A program made the translations under genes and the position numbers. From Candidatus Heimdallarchaeota archaeon (GTDB lineage: Archaea > Asgardarchaeota > Heimdallarchaeia > Hodarchaeales > Hodarchaeaceae), in the NCBI GenBank assembly GCA_011364965.1, contig RDOB01000002.1, forward strand, positions 403,317 through 467,316: DNA of 64,000 nt. Reading direction: 5' to 3'. Each line of letters begins with the position of its first letter. The first letter of the stretch is position 1. This document shows positions 19,260 through 30,158 of the stretch, in pieces. Below the pieces are notes generated by a model. That model was given only the letters and a program-made list of their open reading frames with translations, did no database searches and had not been told where the DNA came from.

Positions 19260-20291
19260 CTAAGACATTTTATATCCTCTTGCTCTTCTAATCCCCATAT
19301 GAGTTAGGCGATTAATAACTTGGTGTAATTCAAGGGATTTAAATTTCTGTTTTTGCTCTATCAAAGTCAATTCTGCAAAATAATCTTGCATTGCAGGAGC
19401 AAGATCTGTAATTATTGATTTCGGTACTTTTCTCCACTTACGTACAACTTTCTGGAAACTTAATAACTTTCTAGGATTATTAATGACAAAACTATTTTGA
19501 TCAGTTGTAATAAAATCCATTCCTGAAATGGAATGGCTACCAAAAACTAAACGAGCAGGATAGGCTTGAAATAATAAACGACAATATGTAACAACTACAG
19601 AAGAAAACGCGCTTATCAAAGCAGCATCTACTGGCGAATTATAATCCATATATATATGAGCTCCAGAATTCGAGTGAATAATGCCCCATGGTTCCCCTGG
19701 TAGAGTGGTAGATATATAACGTTCGAACAGCTCTTTCAAGAGGGCGTGAAAAAATAATAATTCTTCAATTGACATAGCAGAAAAAGAACATTCTCCATTC
19801 CCAACTGAAACATTTTCATTGAAGGTTACTGCCTTTACAGATTCTTGAAAAAGAGAATCGACTACCGATCTATCAATTATTTCTTCTTGTGAATAGAAAT
19901 GCGCATAGATAACGGAAGCTGTACCAGCTAGAATGCTTCGCATATCATCAAGGTGCGGGATTGGATCGTCCTCAATCTCAATCTTTTTTATCAATCTTGT
20001 GGTTACGAGTGGATCTGAGATAACAATGTTATATTTATCTTGTAAATTGACAATCATGATGTCATCTGCTTGACTTGGGTGTGGGCGAGGGTAACGTAAT
20101 CGAATCATGCCGATTCCTTCCCCCCATATCTCAGCTCCTAATTTAGAAAGCGCATTTACGAAATCAACTGTCTGGAGCATTTTAGTTTCGTCAATGTCTC
20201 CAAAATGCCATCTAACATCATTCTCTGCAGTAAGTATGGCCCAATTATTTAGATATAAACGTCTTTGGGGTATTTGCACAGCTATATTCAC
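19260..20291 (-). CDS. Hypothetical protein (343 aa)
   Basis: Long ORF without a competitor. No catalytic motif recognised. The N-terminal part has an alpha-beta pattern (WAILTAENDVRWHF / TVDFVNALSKLGAEIW / GMIRLRY / IMIVNLQDKYNIVIS). Confidence 0.5.
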   Translation of the reverse strand: MNIAVQIPQRRLYLNNWAILTAENDVRWHFGDIDETKMLQTVDFVNALSKLGAEIWGEGIGMIRLRYPRPHPSQADDIMIVNLQDKYNIVISDPLVTTRLIKKIEIEDDPIPHLDDMRSILAGTASVIYAHFYSQEEIIDRSVVDSLFQESVKAVTFNENVSVGNGECSFSAMSIEELLFFHALLKELFERYISTTLPGEPWGIIHSNSGAHIYMDYNSPVDAALISAFSSVVVTYCRLLFQAYPARLVFGSHSISGMDFITTDQNSFVINNPRKLLSFQKVVRKWRKVPKSIITDLAPAMQDYFAELTLIEQKQKFKSLELHQVINRLTHMGIRRARGYKMS

Positions 20292-20494
20292 GTACCGTTT
20301 GAAAATTTTAACTATTTAATTGAACTCGCCTTGATTCTGTTTGGATATTTAGTATTTTTTTAATCAAGAATTAATAACTTTCCAAATTTGTTAATTAGAT
20401 TCAAATAAAAATCTTTCAATTATCGAGGTTTCGAATAACACCTATTTTAATTAAGATAAAAATTTGCGTTTTTAAACAAAGGAATGGACTTAGA

Positions 20495-21865
20495 ATGACC
20501 GAAACTACTTCTTTAACAGAAACTGACATATTAGTTGTAGGTGGGGGCCCCGCGGGTGTCATTTCAGCTTTAACTGCAGCTAAAAAAGGAAATAGGGTAA
20601 TGTTGGTTGATGCAAAATCCTATGAAGAAATAGGCAATAAGACATGCGGAGATGCTGTAAATCTCGGTCCACTGAATTTTTTGAAGGAAAATCTTGGACT
20701 GGAAATGCCTTCAGGAGAAGAAGTAGCTGATACTGTCGAATCTATGGTTTTCGAGACAAAAAATGTTGCATATCCAATGTACGGGGATGGCTTTGTATTA
20801 AACCGGCATCCATATGGTCAAAGACTCCTAAAAGAAGCAGAAGAATATGGAGTCGAAGTAAGATCAAATACAAAAGCTGTTCGTGCGCTTACACTCAATG
20901 GAACAGTGGTTGGAGTTGTAGTTAAAGAGAATCGTGCGAAAGAGTACGAAATTAGAGCGAAGATTACAATTGATTGTTCAGGAAGGAATTTTCAAATAAG
21001 GAAATCTCTCTCTGATTCAGAGTTTCCACTCTTAGAAAAAAACATGGAAAAAAGAGACATTGCTGCGTCATATCGTGAAATAATTCAGCTAAAAGATGAT
21101 CATCCGTATGGTAACAAAATAGTTCTACAATTTCGCAACGAAATTCCTGAACCTGGGTATTTCTGGATTTTCAGTAAAGGTCCTAAGCGATTAAATCTCG
21201 GTATTGGATGGTATTTAGATACACAAGTAGAAAAGGGGATGAAGGAACTTTTCTGGGAAGTCTTACATAAATATTATCCTTCTGGAACATATGAAGTAGA
21301 GGATGCTGGGGGATATACAATTCCTGCAAGATATCCCTTACTTAATGCGGTTGCTTCGGGGTTTATTACAGCTGGTGATGCTGCTTTTCATGTAAATCCT
21401 TTAACTGCAGAGGGTCATGGGTCTGCATTGGTAGCAGGATATTTCGCAGGGCTAACTGCTGCTGAAGCCATTGAATCATCGGACTTATCACAAATGGGTT
21501 TATGGCAATATAATGAACGAATTATGAAGCATTTTGGATTAAGTCATGCAAAGATTCAGCTTTTTACTGAAGCATTAAATACAGTAAAAGTATCTGGTTT
21601 AGAATTTGTGCTAAAAAGAAATATCCTTACTCAAGATCAGTTTGTTGGCCTATATGGGGGGAAAAGCATGGGCGCAATCGAATTAATAAAGATTCTAATC
21701 AAAATCTTTCCAAGATACAATTTATTGAATGTGCTTTATAGAATTTCAAGAGGCGCTAATTACTTTGAAAAATTATTTGATAGATACCCGTCCACTCCTG
21801 AAGATTATTTACCTTGGAAAGCTGAATTTGATAAAAAAATGCAAGAAATCCGTCAAGCTCATTAA
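20495..21865 (+). CDS. Geranylgeranyl reductase family FAD-dependent oxidoreductase
   Basis: FAD fold DILVVGGGPAGVISAL, the NKTCGDAV motif, and GDAAFHVNPLTAEG. Confidence 0.8.
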   Translation: MTETTSLTETDILVVGGGPAGVISALTAAKKGNRVMLVDAKSYEEIGNKTCGDAVNLGPLNFLKENLGLEMPSGEEVADTVESMVFETKNVAYPMYGDGFVLNRHPYGQRLLKEAEEYGVEVRSNTKAVRALTLNGTVVGVVVKENRAKEYEIRAKITIDCSGRNFQIRKSLSDSEFPLLEKNMEKRDIAASYREIIQLKDDHPYGNKIVLQFRNEIPEPGYFWIFSKGPKRLNLGIGWYLDTQVEKGMKELFWEVLHKYYPSGTYEVEDAGGYTIPARYPLLNAVASGFITAGDAAFHVNPLTAEGHGSALVAGYFAGLTAAEAIESSDLSQMGLWQYNERIMKHFGLSHAKIQLFTEALNTVKVSGLEFVLKRNILTQDQFVGLYGGKSMGAIELIKILIKIFPRYNLLNVLYRISRGANYFEKLFDRYPSTPEDYLPWKAEFDKKMQEIRQAH

Positions 21866-22351
21866 AACATAAGAAATCGGAATTTTAGATAGTGACCCGA
21901 GAAAGGAGTTTTTAGGAAGGAGTCTTTTCTTTAGACTCTTCGCTTATTAATTGGAACATAGCTTTGTGTTTTTACTCGGTTAGCTTTTTGTACTGGATAG
22001 AATAAAGATCCAAAAATTGAACCTAAAAACGCGGTATTATTAAAATTTTTAGAATTGATTTTTTTCATTTTTATTTCACCTTAATTATTTATTTTTTAAA
22101 ATGCAAATTGAAATTAATTTTGTCTATAAACGTGAAATCCTTGTATAAAGCTTCCACACCCAATATCCCTCACTGACTTGTGTCAATGGTCATCATTTGG
22201 AATTCACAAGTCTTTTAGACGTTCATTTTCTCTTTATCTTGCCTTTGAACATCCCTTAAAATAATTTTTAAAACTTAAGTCATTAGTAATAATTATTTAG
22301 AGGGTGTATTAGGGTCATATCTTCTTAAAAGCATATTATTTATGCGAAAAA

Positions 22352-25267
22352 TTACTCACTCGAAGATGAGACTGATGAGGTGTTACTTTCTGATTTACTT
22401 CTCTGCAGGGATTTTGAAGAATGAAAAATATCTCTTAAATACATCCCCGTTGGACAATCGACATCTGCTATTTCTTCTGGAGCTCCTGTGGCAAGGATTT
22501 CCCCTCCATTATCACCCCCTTCTGGACCAAGTTCTATAATCCAGTCAGCAGTTTTCAGAACATCTAAATTATGTTCAATTACCACAACAGTATTCCCCTC
22601 TTCAACTAATCTCATCAATACTTTTAACAAAAAAGATATATCATGAGTGGATAATCCAGTTGTTGGTTCATCTAAAATATAAATGGTTTTACCAGTGGAT
22701 CGTTTTGATAATTCTTTTGCGAGTTTTACTCGTTGAGCTTCTCCTCCTGATAAAGTAGTTGCTGGTTGTCCTATTTGAATATAACCTAAACCGACATCAG
22801 AGATTGTTTGTAATTTAGATTTGATTGGGGGTATGTTTTCAAAGAATTCTAATCCTTCCTCTACAGTCATATTCAGAACATCATAGATATTTTTTCCTTT
22901 GTAGCGTATTTCTAAGGTGTCGGAATTATACCTTTTCCCTTTACAGTCCTCACACGTAATCCAGACGTCAGGAAGAAAGGAAAGTTCTATTTTTATCTGC
23001 CCTCCGCCATGACATGTTTCGCATCGACCCCCTTTTACATTAAAAGAAAATCTACCTTGTTTGTATCCTCTAATTTTGGATTCATTTGTTTGAGAAAACA
23101 ATGCACGAATATTATCCCAAACTCCAGTATAGGTGGCTGGATTCGAGCGAGGAGTACGACCAATAGGAGATTGATCGATATTAATGACCTTATCGACATT
23201 ATTCAGTCCCTCAAATTTTTCATGGGATCCAACACGCTTTTTAGAACCATGAAGATATTTCATTAATCCTCGATAGAGGGTATCGTTCATCAAAGTTGAT
23301 TTACCTGATCCTGAAACACCCGAGATACAAATAAATCTTCCAAGAGGAAATTTAACATTAATATTCTTCAAATTATTAGCTGAAGCACCGATAATGGATA
23401 TCGATTTTCCGTTACCTGTTTTTCGGGTTTTTGGTATTTCTATTATTCTTCTCCCAGATAGATATGAACCTGTGATCGAGTTTGGGCAATTCATAATGTC
23501 GTCAGAAGTGCCTTGAATTACCAAAGTACCACCATGAATGCCTGGTCCAGGTCCAAGATCAATTATATGATCTGCTTCGAATATTGTTTGATGATCATGT
23601 TCAACTGCTAGAACCGTATTTCCAATATCAGTTAAATTTCGTAATGAGTTTAATAATTTACCTTGATCACGAGCATGCAAACCAATACTAGGTTCATCTA
23701 ATACATAAGTTACACCAACTAATGCTGATCCTATTTGTGTTGCCAATCGTATGCGCTGACTTTCTCCACCTGAAAGTGTCATTGATTTTCTGTCTAATGT
23801 TAAATATGGTAGACCCACTGATATAAGAAAATCCAATCTAGCTTCAATCTCTCTTAGAATATTTTTTGCTATGGTAAATTCGTTCTCTGATAGTTGCGGT
23901 CTTAGTTCTCCTAACCACAAGCGACATTTTTCAACAGTCATTTCGCTGATTTGAATGATATTTTTATCTCGAATTGTCACAGCGAGGGATTCGGGTTTTA
24001 AACGTTTTCCTTTGCAACTTTCACAAGGTGCTCGCCTCATTAATGATTCATAATAGCGTCTAGCTCCATCGCTTTTAGTTTCTTGATATCTTCTCCAAAC
24101 TGTATTAATGATACCTTCATGCTGATGTCGTTTAGATTCCCATTTACTCCTGTCAGATTCGAATACAATATTCATCTCTGTTTTTGATCCATAGAGTAAT
24201 CTGTTTATTACTTCTGGTTTAAGATCTTTAAGAGGAGTGTTGATATCAAAATCATTCCAAGCTTTTGCTAGAGAAGTATAGTAGGAATACCGCCATGTTC
24301 CTGGTTTTAGAGGTTTATCCATGACCCCTCCATCACGAAATGACAAATTGGGATTAGTTATAATTAAATCGGGATCCATTCGAAGAGTGGTTCCTAATCC
24401 CTGACAGGTTGGGCAATGACCCCAAGGGGAATTGAAACTAAAATTTCTAGGTTTTAACTCCTCAAATGATAATTCACAATCAGGACAGGCATAATTCTCA
24501 GAAAAAAGAATATCTTCATCTGGATCCGAGTTATCCCTGCCTATTCGAGCAATAATTACAACACCTTCTCCTAAATCCAATGCTTGTTCAATAGACTCGA
24601 TTAAACGCTTTTTAATTGAACCATTAATAACTAATCGATCCACGATCGCTTCAATGGAATGGATTTTATAACGATCTAGGGTAGGTGGATTCGCGAGATC
24701 AAAATCTTCACTATCAATTCGTACACGAACGTACCCCATTTCTTTCAAGCGATCCCATTCAGTATGATGTGTTCCTTTCTTTCCACGTATCACTGGAGCT
24801 AAAACTTTGATTCGAGTTCCTTCTGCCCATGCCATGATAGTTCTAACAATTGATTGGGGAGTTTGAATTTGAAGCTCCTTTCCACAGGATGTGCAATGCG
24901 CAATACCAATATTCGCGAAAAGTAATCTTAAATAATCAAAAATTTCAGTTTGGGTCCCAACAGTAGATCGGGGGTTCTTACTTGTCGTTTTCTGCTCAAT
25001 AGAAACTGCAGGGGATAATCCTTCGATTAATTCTACATCGGGTTTTTGCATTCGACCTAAGAATTGTCTGGCATATGCACTTAGAGATTCTACATATCGT
25101 CTTTGTCCTTCAGCAAATATTACATCAAAAGCTAAACTTGATTTGCCTGATCCAGAAACTCCAGTAATGACAACAAATTGATTTCGTGGAATTTTAACGG
25201 TTAAATCTTTCAGATTGTGAACTCTAGCCTTTTGAACATAAATAAATTCTTTCTTGGATTCAGACAT
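22352..25267 (-). CDS. uvrA: Excinuclease ABC subunit A
   Basis: Two ABC modules (GVSGSGKSSLAFD / LSGGESQRIRLA and GVSGSGKSTL / LSGGEAQRVKLA) and Zn-finger CxxC pairs. 971 aa with a Ser-rich C-terminal tail. Confidence 0.95.
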   Translation of the reverse strand: MSESKKEFIYVQKARVHNLKDLTVKIPRNQFVVITGVSGSGKSSLAFDVIFAEGQRRYVESLSAYARQFLGRMQKPDVELIEGLSPAVSIEQKTTSKNPRSTVGTQTEIFDYLRLLFANIGIAHCTSCGKELQIQTPQSIVRTIMAWAEGTRIKVLAPVIRGKKGTHHTEWDRLKEMGYVRVRIDSEDFDLANPPTLDRYKIHSIEAIVDRLVINGSIKKRLIESIEQALDLGEGVVIIARIGRDNSDPDEDILFSENYACPDCELSFEELKPRNFSFNSPWGHCPTCQGLGTTLRMDPDLIITNPNLSFRDGGVMDKPLKPGTWRYSYYTSLAKAWNDFDINTPLKDLKPEVINRLLYGSKTEMNIVFESDRSKWESKRHQHEGIINTVWRRYQETKSDGARRYYESLMRRAPCESCKGKRLKPESLAVTIRDKNIIQISEMTVEKCRLWLGELRPQLSENEFTIAKNILREIEARLDFLISVGLPYLTLDRKSMTLSGGESQRIRLATQIGSALVGVTYVLDEPSIGLHARDQGKLLNSLRNLTDIGNTVLAVEHDHQTIFEADHIIDLGPGPGIHGGTLVIQGTSDDIMNCPNSITGSYLSGRRIIEIPKTRKTGNGKSISIIGASANNLKNINVKFPLGRFICISGVSGSGKSTLMNDTLYRGLMKYLHGSKKRVGSHEKFEGLNNVDKVINIDQSPIGRTPRSNPATYTGVWDNIRALFSQTNESKIRGYKQGRFSFNVKGGRCETCHGGGQIKIELSFLPDVWITCEDCKGKRYNSDTLEIRYKGKNIYDVLNMTVEEGLEFFENIPPIKSKLQTISDVGLGYIQIGQPATTLSGGEAQRVKLAKELSKRSTGKTIYILDEPTTGLSTHDISFLLKVLMRLVEEGNTVVVIEHNLDVLKTADWIIELGPEGGDNGGEILATGAPEEIADVDCPTGMYLRDIFHSSKSLQRSKSESNTSSVSSSSE

Positions 25268-25757
25268 GTCACGATATTCCTGTACTCATCGCGTTTTTAA
25301 GATCGGTTATAGTGGCAACGAAATTAGAGAAGAATATACACCCTACTGTCCACTAAGGAAATAAAATAGTGGATATTTACAGTAAAAGAACAAAGTGAAC
25401 CTATTCCTATAATTTCTGTACTTCTCCACAGACTAAGTTCCTTATGGATGCAGTATTAATAGGTTTTAGTACACTGAAATCAAATTCTAAACAGAAATTC
25501 AGTCCAAAAAGAGAAGATTAGGAGTTTTTTTGAGATTTTAAGTGTTAATTAATAGATGAGATCTGTAAATTGGGGTAATTTGATGATATTGAACGAAATT
25601 AAAGCTTAAAATTATAGATTATTTGATTTTATTCGATTCTGGGAAGACTGCGGTTTTTTGTTTCAGTTACTCTTTTAAGATGAAAAATCCCAACACAGAG
25701 TAAGCTAACTGTGCATTGTTTGGAAATGGACAGGCAACTTAAACAACTTTTTTTGGA

Positions 25758-28700
25758 ATGAATAAAATAAAAATGGGATTTAAAATGGGAAAATGGAAAT
25801 TTTTGTTAATCTCCATGATTCTACTGCTAGTAGGGGGTTCAACAGCTCTTTCAACGTTTTCTTCTAACTTAGTGACTTCTGAAAGGGTGAAAGAAACTTC
25901 TATATTACTTTCACCATTACAAGGTAACTATATTTTACCAGAAACATATTCACCTCCCCGATTGGTTATAACAAGCGAACCAACAGTTAACGCGATGGCA
26001 GATCATACCATGTCTTTGAGAGGAACTAATGATAGTCTTCGATTTAGTGTCATGTTTACAGCAGATGAAACTGCGCATTATTGGATGCATGCAAGGCTAT
26101 ATGACAATACAGAAAGTACTATTATTATAGAATCGGACTCTTGGGGCGAAACTATCATTGCAGGAAACACTAGAACTGTTATATTTGACTTTTGTGGCTA
26201 TATAATCAATGAAGCGGGATTCGATGGTCCCTATGCAGTATACTTGGATTTTAATATGGAATTGAGTAATGGAACCACCATTCATATTTATGGAGACGAA
26301 ATAACTCCATACGAGAATGTTCACTGGACAAAACCATATCTAGCAACAGATTTTGCAGTGTATCCAATAATTATCAATTCTGTCACACCCAACTATATAG
26401 ATACTGATAATGGTTTATATGAATGGGTAGATGTTGAACTCGATTTGACTGTCAATATAAAAGATGATTATTGGTTTGATGCCAATTTTCGTTTTACGGG
26501 TACTGGAAGTCCTGAAGATGCATATACTCGCCAATATTTGACCGTTGGCACTCATACCGTGACATTAAAGTTTGCTACATGGGATTTTGCACAATATAGC
26601 GTAAGTGCTGAAACTATGATGTTAAGTTATTTATATATTCGGCATGATACCTCTCCTAGTTGGGGAGTATTTGAAGCATGGGATTATTATACTACTGGAT
26701 CCACTTATTCTTCAAGTGATTTCGATACCCCTCCAATAGTATTAACAGGTCGATTTTGGGAAGATACAGAGAGTAACTGGGATCTCGATGGTGATGGAAA
26801 ATTCGATTATTACAAAGTTATTGCTGAAGTTGACAAACTTCGAGTTGAAGATGGACAATTTAGGCTTTATGCTAATCTTTGTAATGAAACAGGATATGGA
26901 ATCAGTGGTGGATGGGCTGAATATAATTCAGATGCTTTTCAGCTCAATAACATTGAACCAGTGAATGTGACATTTGTTTTTAATGGGATTGATATTTATA
27001 GAAATAAGCTTTTCAATAGTCGACTGTTATTAAATAACCTACAGGGCTATTATTCCTATAATACTCCAAATTGGGATGATTGGTTTTCATTTAGCGATAC
27101 CTGGTTAAGTCCAACCTATTATAATTTCACTGCATTTGAAGGGCCTACAGCATTTTTAACTGGCAATTTCTATGATTATGGATTGGATACTGATGGTGGT
27201 GGTTTTGATTATCTAGTGGTCGAAATTGAAGTTGATGTTTTAGAAGCACGCGAGTTTGGGTTCTATGGCGACATCCATGCTAATGATAGATACCAATATG
27301 CATCAATGTCATATACGTTCACTAGTACTGGTGTTCAAACTGTCTCCTTACAATTTGAAGCGTTCGAAATTTATCGAAGCGGAATTGTAAACACCCCAGT
27401 TACACTATACATTAGTTTAGAACAACATAATCCATATGTCTATTTGCAAGGTATGTCAGTTGATTTAAGTAATTATACATATAGTGATTTCAATCCTCCT
27501 CATGCACAATTCTTTATACCTGCGGCCTTTAGTGAGTATACATTCGATTCTACTGATCCTGATACAACGTGGGATGAACTAAAGATCGTCGTACCCCTTC
27601 AGGTTAACAAGGCTGGTTATTATTACGTCTATGGTACCTTAAGAAATCCTGTTACAAATCAAGACCGAAGCTTTTCTAGTACCTATGCATACTTCAATGT
27701 AGGGAATGAATCAACGATAACTTTGTCTTTCCCCAGTGCGTGGTTCTGGGCTCAACACACCAATACAAGTTATATCCTCTCGTATGTCCAAATTACGGAA
27801 ACAGATTCGAGTGGAAATTCTCTCAGATCATGGGATACAATATATAACGCCTATACTACCAGTATTTATGATTCTACCGATTTTGATGCCCCTCCAGCTT
27901 ATATCACTGGGAACTTCTATGAGTGGACTGTTGATAAAGACTCAGATGGTGATTTTGATTTTTTGGTTGTTGCAATTGAAATTGAGACTACTCTTAGCGG
28001 TTTAAATGTGGAATTAGACGCTAATCTACAGACATCAGTATATGATAGAGGGACATATAATTATACATCCTTAAATTATGTCGGTAGGCATAATATCAGT
28101 ATGTTCTGGGATGCAACACAACTTTGGGATACTCAAAGCGAAACAGAAAACTATACCATCAATTTCAGGATGTATGATACCTATAATTGGATTCTCTTAG
28201 ACCAACAAAACTATATTACTCATGCCTACTCATGGTATCAATGGGATCCCCCTGGAATTACATTTACAGGAAATGTTAGTGAGAATGCATACGATGCAGA
28301 TTATCCAGTAGATGGAAAATACGACTTTATAGAAATTAGCGTTGAAGTTCAAGTCACTCAAGCAGGTTACTATAATTTAGAAGGGTCTATCTATGCTTAC
28401 GATGGCGGAGACAGCGCATGGTTCTATGCTGATTATCAATATTATTCCGTTGGAATACACTGGATTACCACAAAAGCAGTCAATTATGCTTGGGTACGAA
28501 ATCATCTCGATGGTACAGGTTTTTATATTAGCTATATGTATCTTCATGAGCAAATATCAGGTTTCGAAACAATCCTTCAGGATTATGACGAATCAGATCA
28601 CGACTTCAGTCGTATATACTATCATTCCGAATTTGATCAATTGGATGCATGGGTTGTCAGTATTATTAACAATTTCGTAGTAGATACGAATAACGATTCG

Positions 28701-30023
28701 TTGTACGATTATTGGAGTGTCGTTTTCCTCATAAATGTAATCAAAGATGGTGCAAATCTCTACTTTTGTGCAGATTTGGAATCAGTAGAAACAGGTAACT
28801 ATATCGCAGACGCATATGTTTATCTATACGGTGTACCAGACGGTTTATTAAATATCACCCTCAACTTTCGTGGCTCTCGCCTCTATAACTCTGGTTTCTC
28901 TGGACAGGTTCGAATTTCATATTATTATCTTGTAGAAACCACTGAATGGATGGAACTTCAGAGAAAATATCCTGATTTCATTCTTGATGGTACTTATTCA
29001 TTCAGTGACTTTTCTCCAAGTTATATTGACCTCACAAATGTTTGGCCATTATCTGGAAGTATTTTCCTTAAAAACGAAAATACAGGTGTCGGTTTTGGTT
29101 TTGAGACATCTGATAACGAAGATGTAAGCTGGATAACTGTGGAGATTTGGATTGATGATGTATATGAAAAAAGTATTAGTTTGTATTCTAGTAAGTCCCA
29201 TAGCCTTAACTATGAAGAATGGGGCGACATTGAGCTCACATTCGATCGTGGAAGCAGATGGGAACTTGTAGTCAATGTTTATGGAACTGAAGGATCCGAA
29301 AGAACATATACCATCATTTACTTCGTGATTGGGGGTCCAGTGTTCTTTGAATTCCGTGCAAATATCTCTGCAGTTATGCTTGGTGGAACGATCAAATTCA
29401 CTGCTGATGTATATGATGTAGATGGAATAGCAAGCGTTACACTTCATATTGAGGGTACTGAAGTTCCAATGGCTTTTGAAAGCAATTCCACTTGGGGTGA
29501 ATATTGGTTCGTTGAATATACTTTCAATACTGTTGGGCAATTTGCAGTTTATGCTACAGCTGAGGATAGTACAGGGATGATAGGAATGTCCGCGGAGCGT
29601 ACTATATATGTCAATGATGGCCCTGAGATTATATCGGTTACAGTGTCTCCTGATAATACAGTTGATGTGGGTGAAGAGGTCACTTTTGTAGTTCAAATAC
29701 GTAAATCGGACGCAATTATCACAAGCGTAACATTAGAAGTCGTGGACAACAAAGGAAACAAATATATCGATGATTTTATTCTATCAACACAAAATAACGA
29801 AACACTTACTTATACTGCAAAATTTACTCCTCAGAAAGTCGGAACACACGTTTGTACGATCCGTGCATTAACTACAAAAAACCAAGTATCAAGTGCTGAA
29901 GAAATTCTTACAGTACTTGGAACAGAAACAATCAATGTCACCCCTGGTTTTGATTTCTTTGTAGCGCTCTGTCTTTTGTCACTAATTCCAACAATAGAAA
30001 AAGCTCGGAGAAAAAAGGATTAA
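25758..30023 (+). CDS. Giant modular cell-surface protein (1421 aa) with a signal/anchor helix, tandem ~120-135-aa modules, Ig-like C-terminal domains and a PGF-CTERM-type tail
   Basis: N-terminal WKFLLISMILLLVGG. Repeated module core F(D/E)xPPxxxTGxF..D.D.DG.FD(Y/F)LVVxIEV..xxxGxY. C-terminal ..NVTPGFDFFVALCLLSLIPTIEKARRKKD. Many N-x-S/T sequons. Confidence 0.8.
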   Translation: MNKIKMGFKMGKWKFLLISMILLLVGGSTALSTFSSNLVTSERVKETSILLSPLQGNYILPETYSPPRLVITSEPTVNAMADHTMSLRGTNDSLRFSVMFTADETAHYWMHARLYDNTESTIIIESDSWGETIIAGNTRTVIFDFCGYIINEAGFDGPYAVYLDFNMELSNGTTIHIYGDEITPYENVHWTKPYLATDFAVYPIIINSVTPNYIDTDNGLYEWVDVELDLTVNIKDDYWFDANFRFTGTGSPEDAYTRQYLTVGTHTVTLKFATWDFAQYSVSAETMMLSYLYIRHDTSPSWGVFEAWDYYTTGSTYSSSDFDTPPIVLTGRFWEDTESNWDLDGDGKFDYYKVIAEVDKLRVEDGQFRLYANLCNETGYGISGGWAEYNSDAFQLNNIEPVNVTFVFNGIDIYRNKLFNSRLLLNNLQGYYSYNTPNWDDWFSFSDTWLSPTYYNFTAFEGPTAFLTGNFYDYGLDTDGGGFDYLVVEIEVDVLEAREFGFYGDIHANDRYQYASMSYTFTSTGVQTVSLQFEAFEIYRSGIVNTPVTLYISLEQHNPYVYLQGMSVDLSNYTYSDFNPPHAQFFIPAAFSEYTFDSTDPDTTWDELKIVVPLQVNKAGYYYVYGTLRNPVTNQDRSFSSTYAYFNVGNESTITLSFPSAWFWAQHTNTSYILSYVQITETDSSGNSLRSWDTIYNAYTTSIYDSTDFDAPPAYITGNFYEWTVDKDSDGDFDFLVVAIEIETTLSGLNVELDANLQTSVYDRGTYNYTSLNYVGRHNISMFWDATQLWDTQSETENYTINFRMYDTYNWILLDQQNYITHAYSWYQWDPPGITFTGNVSENAYDADYPVDGKYDFIEISVEVQVTQAGYYNLEGSIYAYDGGDSAWFYADYQYYSVGIHWITTKAVNYAWVRNHLDGTGFYISYMYLHEQISGFETILQDYDESDHDFSRIYYHSEFDQLDAWVVSIINNFVVDTNNDSLYDYWSVVFLINVIKDGANLYFCADLESVETGNYIADAYVYLYGVPDGLLNITLNFRGSRLYNSGFSGQVRISYYYLVETTEWMELQRKYPDFILDGTYSFSDFSPSYIDLTNVWPLSGSIFLKNENTGVGFGFETSDNEDVSWITVEIWIDDVYEKSISLYSSKSHSLNYEEWGDIELTFDRGSRWELVVNVYGTEGSERTYTIIYFVIGGPVFFEFRANISAVMLGGTIKFTADVYDVDGIASVTLHIEGTEVPMAFESNSTWGEYWFVEYTFNTVGQFAVYATAEDSTGMIGMSAERTIYVNDGPEIISVTVSPDNTVDVGEEVTFVVQIRKSDAIITSVTLEVVDNKGNKYIDDFILSTQNNETLTYTAKFTPQKVGTHVCTIRALTTKNQVSSAEEILTVLGTETINVTPGFDFFVALCLLSLIPTIEKARRKKD

Positions 30024-30060
30024 AATTCCTCTTTTTTCTCTTTTTTTTACTTTTTTTGGG
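30024..30060 (+). terminator. Oligo-T tracts (archaeal-type terminator candidate) after the giant surface-protein gene
   Basis: Three runs of T6-T8 lie within 35 nt directly after the TAA stop (ctcttttttctcttttttttacttttttt). Confidence 0.35.
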
Positions 30061-30158
30061 CTATTAGTAGTTCTATTGAAAATAGTCGAAATCTATTATT
30101 TTTAGTGACTTTTGCCAAAACCTCGTTCCTTTTAAGGGAGTGATGTCTTGACTTCTTT

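Noticed and set aside
21934-22068. 45-aa minus-strand ORF (MKKINSKNFNNTAFLGSIFGSLFYPVQKANRVKTQSYVPINKRRV) downstream of the reductase gene
   Set aside because: No ribosome-binding site or motif, and it is too short to support from sequence alone.
29049-29696. 215-aa minus-strand ORF, together with smaller ORFs at 26097, 27736 and 28393, inside the giant surface-protein gene
   Set aside because: All are nested in the 1421-aa ORF, whose repeat structure and sorting signals support the plus-strand frame.
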